DNA of 64,000 bases from Candidatus Binatia bacterium (GTDB lineage Bacteria > Desulfobacterota > Binatia > HRBIN30). Location: contig JBBRSP010000010.1 in the NCBI GenBank assembly GCA_038245295.1, positions 1 to 64,000 of the forward strand, written 5' to 3'. The position numbers and the translations under genes were made by a program. The notes beneath the pieces were generated by a model. It saw only the letters and a list, made by a program, of their open reading frames with translations. It did no database searches and was not told the origin of the DNA. Shown piece after piece: positions 61,070 through 64,000 of the stretch. Within the stretch, counting starts at the first letter, position 1, and every line of letters begins with the position of its first letter.

Positions 61070-61217
61070 CGTCGTCCCGGCCTCCGAGTCTGTCGACTTT
61101 CTCTGATTCATCATTTGAAGCAGCGCAAACACCTCCGTCATACCGGCGAAAGCCGGTATCTCCCCAGCATTCTCGGCCTTCCACTCGAGGAGATCCCGGC
61201 TTTCGCCGGGATGACGT
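61070..61217. mobile_element. Inverted, one-ended copy of the inner MITE at 10575-10734, inside a CGTC REP half
   Basis: CGTCGTCCCGGCCTCC|GAGTCTGTCGACTTTCTCTGATTCATC...GTCATACCGGCGAAAGCCGGTATCTC...GAGATCCCGGCTTTCGCCGGGATGACG. Confidence 0.8.
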
Positions 61218-61256
61218 GGCGTCATTTCAGTTGCCGGGCGTGTTCTTCGGATCCTG

Positions 61257-61450
61257 GTCGAAGAGGGTGTAGACGACGGGAACAACCAGCAACGTCAACA
61301 GCGTCGACGTCACCAGGCCACCGATCGAGATGACACCGATCGCGTTGCGCCACTCGGAGCCGTCGCCGCTGCCAAACCCATCTCGTACGGTGACGGATCA
61401 ATCTGGAACAATGGCGCGGCTGTCCCATCCGTCGCTGGGAATCGCCGCGG
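61257..61450 (-). pseudogene. Fused remnants of the RND permease, adaptor and upstream region
   Basis: 61257-61372 matches 41193-41308; 61373-61418 matches 45014-45059; 61427-61450 matches the reverse complement of 45447-45470. Confidence 0.9.
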
Positions 61451-61504
61451 GCGACGCGGGCGTCCGCCATCGCCCCCCGAGGAGAAGCGACAGCCTCAAG
61501 ATAA

Positions 61505-61563
61505 CGCGCCAGCCGCGATTCGAACGCGGGACCTACGGCTTAGAAGGCCGTTGCTCTATCCAC
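61505..61563 (-). pseudogene. tRNA-Arg(TCT) 3' portion (att-like remnant)
   Basis: GGATAGAGC, ACGGC-CTTCTAA-GCCGT anticodon arm and CCGCG-TTCGAAT-CGCGG T arm are perfect; 5' strand CTCTCCC cannot pair with CTGGCGC; no CCA. Confidence 0.85.
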
Positions 61564-61698
61564 CCGGGCTAGGGAGAGAGCTGTGCCTGCGATCCCGACG
61601 GAGTCAGCCGCCGATTTCTGGTTGGCGGCGCCACGTGGAATTGGTAGCAACGGACCGCGCCTAAGCATCGGCGGGAGGCGCGGGACTGGGAGGTATTG

Positions 61699-61875
61699 AT
61701 GAGCAACGCCAATGCTGCGGGTACGCTGCGGTCGAAGGGTCAGGTCGGGGTCGACCCATACTCGATTGCGCTCGACAATATCGATGTATCGGACTCCGAG
61801 CTGTTCGAGACCGACACCCACTGGGGCTATTTCGAGCGTCTGCGCAACGAAGACCCGGTCCACTACTGCGCCGCC
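61699..61875 (+). pseudogene. N-terminal fragment of a CYP153-like cytochrome P450
   Basis: [48 protein letters not shown], then runs into a repeat element. Confidence 0.8.
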
Positions 61876-61882
61876 AGAGGGA

Positions 61883-62024
61883 CGGACCCAGGGACACCCA
61901 CCCGTGAACGGACCCAGGGACACCCACCCGTGAACGGCGTCGTTACTTGTTCGTTTATCAGATAGTTGGGCCGATCACCGTGGGGAAGTGTTGTCTTCGA
62001 CGCGGGTGGATGTCCTCCATCGCC
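61883..62024. mobile_element. GGACACCCACCCG element, copy 2, with a 26-bp tandem duplication at its left end
   Basis: CGGACCCAGGGACACCCACCCGTGAA twice (61883-61934); body homologous to 54456-54574. Confidence 0.8.
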
Positions 62025-62117
62025 CTCTCCTTCGAGCGTCAGGCACAGCAACTGATCGAGAACGCGCTTCACACCACGGGCCTGATCCACCGGCGCTAGA
62101 AAAGGGGAACAAGAGCC

Positions 62118-63518
62118 ATGTTCTACCAACGCTTGACGGCACTCGACGCATCGTTCGTCCAAATCGAAGACGGCAACGTGCACATGCACGTTGCCGCCGC
62201 CCTGCTCTTCGAGCCCGGCACGCTGGGCAAACGCGGCGGCGGGCTCAGCATGGAGCGCATCCGCGCCTACGTCGAGTCGCGCCTGCACTTCATCCCGCGC
62301 TACCGCCAGAAGCTCGCCTACATTCCGATCGAGCACCACCCGGTGTGGATCGACGACGAGCGCTTCAACCTTTTCTACCACGTGCGTCATACGGCGTTGC
62401 CGCATCCTGGCAGCGAGCGGCAACTGAAACGATTGTGCGGGCGCGTCATGTCGCAGAAGCTCGATATGACCAAGCCGCCGTGGGAGATCTGGATCGTCGA
62501 AGGACTGTCGGAGGGCCGCTTTGCGCTGATTGCCAAGGTGCACCACTGTATGGTCGACGGTATCTCCGGCGTCGATCTGCTCACCGTGCTGTTGCAGCCC
62601 GAGCCCAGCGAGCACGTGCCCAGGCCAGAGCCGTGGGAAGCGCGCCCGGCGCCGACGTCGCAGCAGCTGCTCGTCGGCGAGATCTCGCGGCGGGCATTCC
62701 TACCATTCGATGCGTGGCAAGCGGCGCAGCAGGCATTTGCCGATCCGCTCGCCGCCTTCGAGTCGGCACGCGGCGCGGTCACCGGTGTAATCGAGTTGCT
62801 CGGCGCCGGGCCGGCGTCACCCACACCGATCAATCCGGAGCACATCGGACCGCACCGGCGCTTCGACTGGCTGCGCCTGCCGTTGTCGGAGATCAAGATC
62901 GTCAAGCAGCAGCTGGGCGGAACCCTGAACGATGTCGTGCTCGCCACGGTCACCGGCGCTATGCGCAGCTTTCTGCGCAGCCGCGGCCTGTCGTCCGCCG
63001 GCATGGATTTTCGCGCCATGATCCCGGTGAGCATCCGCGAACGCAGCGAACGCGGCGCTCTCGGCAACCGTGTCGCCCAGATGTTGGCGGCGCTGCCCGT
63101 CGGCGAGAAGAGCGCGCGACGGCGGCTGGAGAAGGTGGCCGTCACAACCCAAGAGATGAAACATTCGCACCAGATCGAAGCGACGGAGCTGATGGAACAG
63201 GTGGGTGACTGGACGGCGACAGCGCTGCTGACGCAACTCGTGCGCATCACGACGGCGCGGCGCCCCTTCAACCTCGTGGTAACCAACGTGCCAGGCCCAC
63301 CGATTCCGCTCTACCTGCTCGGGGCCCGCCTGGTCGCCTCGTTTCCGATGGTACCGCTCTATTCGAACCAGGCCCTCGGCATCGCCCTGTTCAGCTATGA
63401 CCGCGATCTCTTTTGGGGCATCAGCTCAGACTGGGACGCCCTCCCCGATGTGCACAACTTCGTCAGAGCGCTCAGCACCAGTTTCGCAGAGTTGCGGCGC
63501 GCCGCTCGCCAACGCTGA
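62118..63518 (+). CDS. Wax ester synthase/diacylglycerol acyltransferase (WS/DGAT)
   Basis: RLTALDASF, HMHV, HHCMVDG catalytic motif, TLNDVVL, NLVVTNVPGP. Confidence 0.95.
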   Translation: MFYQRLTALDASFVQIEDGNVHMHVAAALLFEPGTLGKRGGGLSMERIRAYVESRLHFIPRYRQKLAYIPIEHHPVWIDDERFNLFYHVRHTALPHPGSERQLKRLCGRVMSQKLDMTKPPWEIWIVEGLSEGRFALIAKVHHCMVDGISGVDLLTVLLQPEPSEHVPRPEPWEARPAPTSQQLLVGEISRRAFLPFDAWQAAQQAFADPLAAFESARGAVTGVIELLGAGPASPTPINPEHIGPHRRFDWLRLPLSEIKIVKQQLGGTLNDVVLATVTGAMRSFLRSRGLSSAGMDFRAMIPVSIRERSERGALGNRVAQMLAALPVGEKSARRRLEKVAVTTQEMKHSHQIEATELMEQVGDWTATALLTQLVRITTARRPFNLVVTNVPGPPIPLYLLGARLVASFPMVPLYSNQALGIALFSYDRDLFWGISSDWDALPDVHNFVRALSTSFAELRRAARQR

Positions 63519-63531
63519 CCGCGAAGAGACC

Positions 63532-63660
63532 AGCGAAGGTTCGATCGAACTTGGCAAGCGTGCCGATCTGGTCATCCTGTCCGCCAATCCCCTAACCGTG
63601 AAACCCAATGCGATCCGCGAGATCAAGGTTCTGCAAACGCTCAAGGACGGGAAGACACCA
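63532..63660 (+). pseudogene. C-terminal fragment of an amidohydrolase (family 3-like)
   Basis: EGSIELGKRADLVILSANPL...IKVLQTLKDGK without the rest of the gene. Confidence 0.7.
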
Positions 63661-63844
63661 TCTATGCCGCAAACTGAACACGGGAAACTCATGCCGGCCG
63701 AAGACAAACCTACGAAACGCGCCATCAGGAGACCATCGCGCCTGGCACCCGGCTCAACACAGAGGGCCCGGAGACGAACCGCGAATTTCATTGTTGCAGT
63801 CGCCCTAGCCAGCCTCGCGCTGCCGGTGCTCGCGCAAGGCCACC

Positions 63845-64000
63845 GTCGACGAGCAGCAGATCGAGTTGCTCGAAGAAGCGCTGCGGTTGGTTTCGCCGAG
63901 CGATGAGAAACAGCAGGTGCACCTGCACAGCCGGCTCGCGCTGGCACTCTACTGGTCGTCCGATACACAGCGTTGCCTGGCTGCGGCCGACAGCGCGGTG
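63845..64000 (+). pseudogene. Internal fragment resembling the helical region of AAA-ATPase/TPR regulators (runs off window)
   Basis: VDEQQIELLEEAL...LHSRLALALYWS; in-frame stop at 63806 and no start between. Confidence 0.45.

Noticed and set aside
60603..61450. Diversity-generating retroelement template/variable repeat pair
   Set aside because: No reverse transcriptase, and differences are not confined to adenines.
61505..61580. Functional tRNA-Arg
   Set aside because: Acceptor stem cannot pair, D stem is mismatched and CCA is absent; kept as a remnant.

Overview
GC-rich bacterial chromosome segment. Repeated Cys-flanked dockerin-like (GDCNGDGxVTxDEL) domains on (Thr-X)n-linker secreted proteins suggest Candidatus Binatota or a related deltaproteobacteria-like lineage (inference). 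It holds about 45 intact genes: an ABC exporter, RND pump, two GH10 xylanases, glycosyltransferases, TerC/HPF, SulP, a kinase-regulator-glgC operon, ylqF, WS/DGAT and several surface proteins. About 9 gene fragments are also present. The non-coding DNA is the most striking part. (1) A GxxExxY PD-(D/E)XK nuclease gene sits inside an array of inverted, 10-bp-periodic repeats, and a gene-free copy of the repeat pair lies 45 kb away; this is a candidate nuclease/repeat selfish system analogous to RAYT-REP. (2) MITEs with GAG(G/A)CTGTC ends insert into REP hairpins and themselves carry REPs, nested up to four levels. (3) A GGACACCCACCCG element with duplicated ends lies at three gene-truncation breakpoints. 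(4) A deleted, colinear relic of the 40.7-45.5 kb locus lies next to a 5'-damaged tRNA-Arg, whose 3' 11-mer recurs at 45514. No CRISPR, rRNA, transposase or integrase gene was seen. Family assignments come from motif recognition only; no searches were run.
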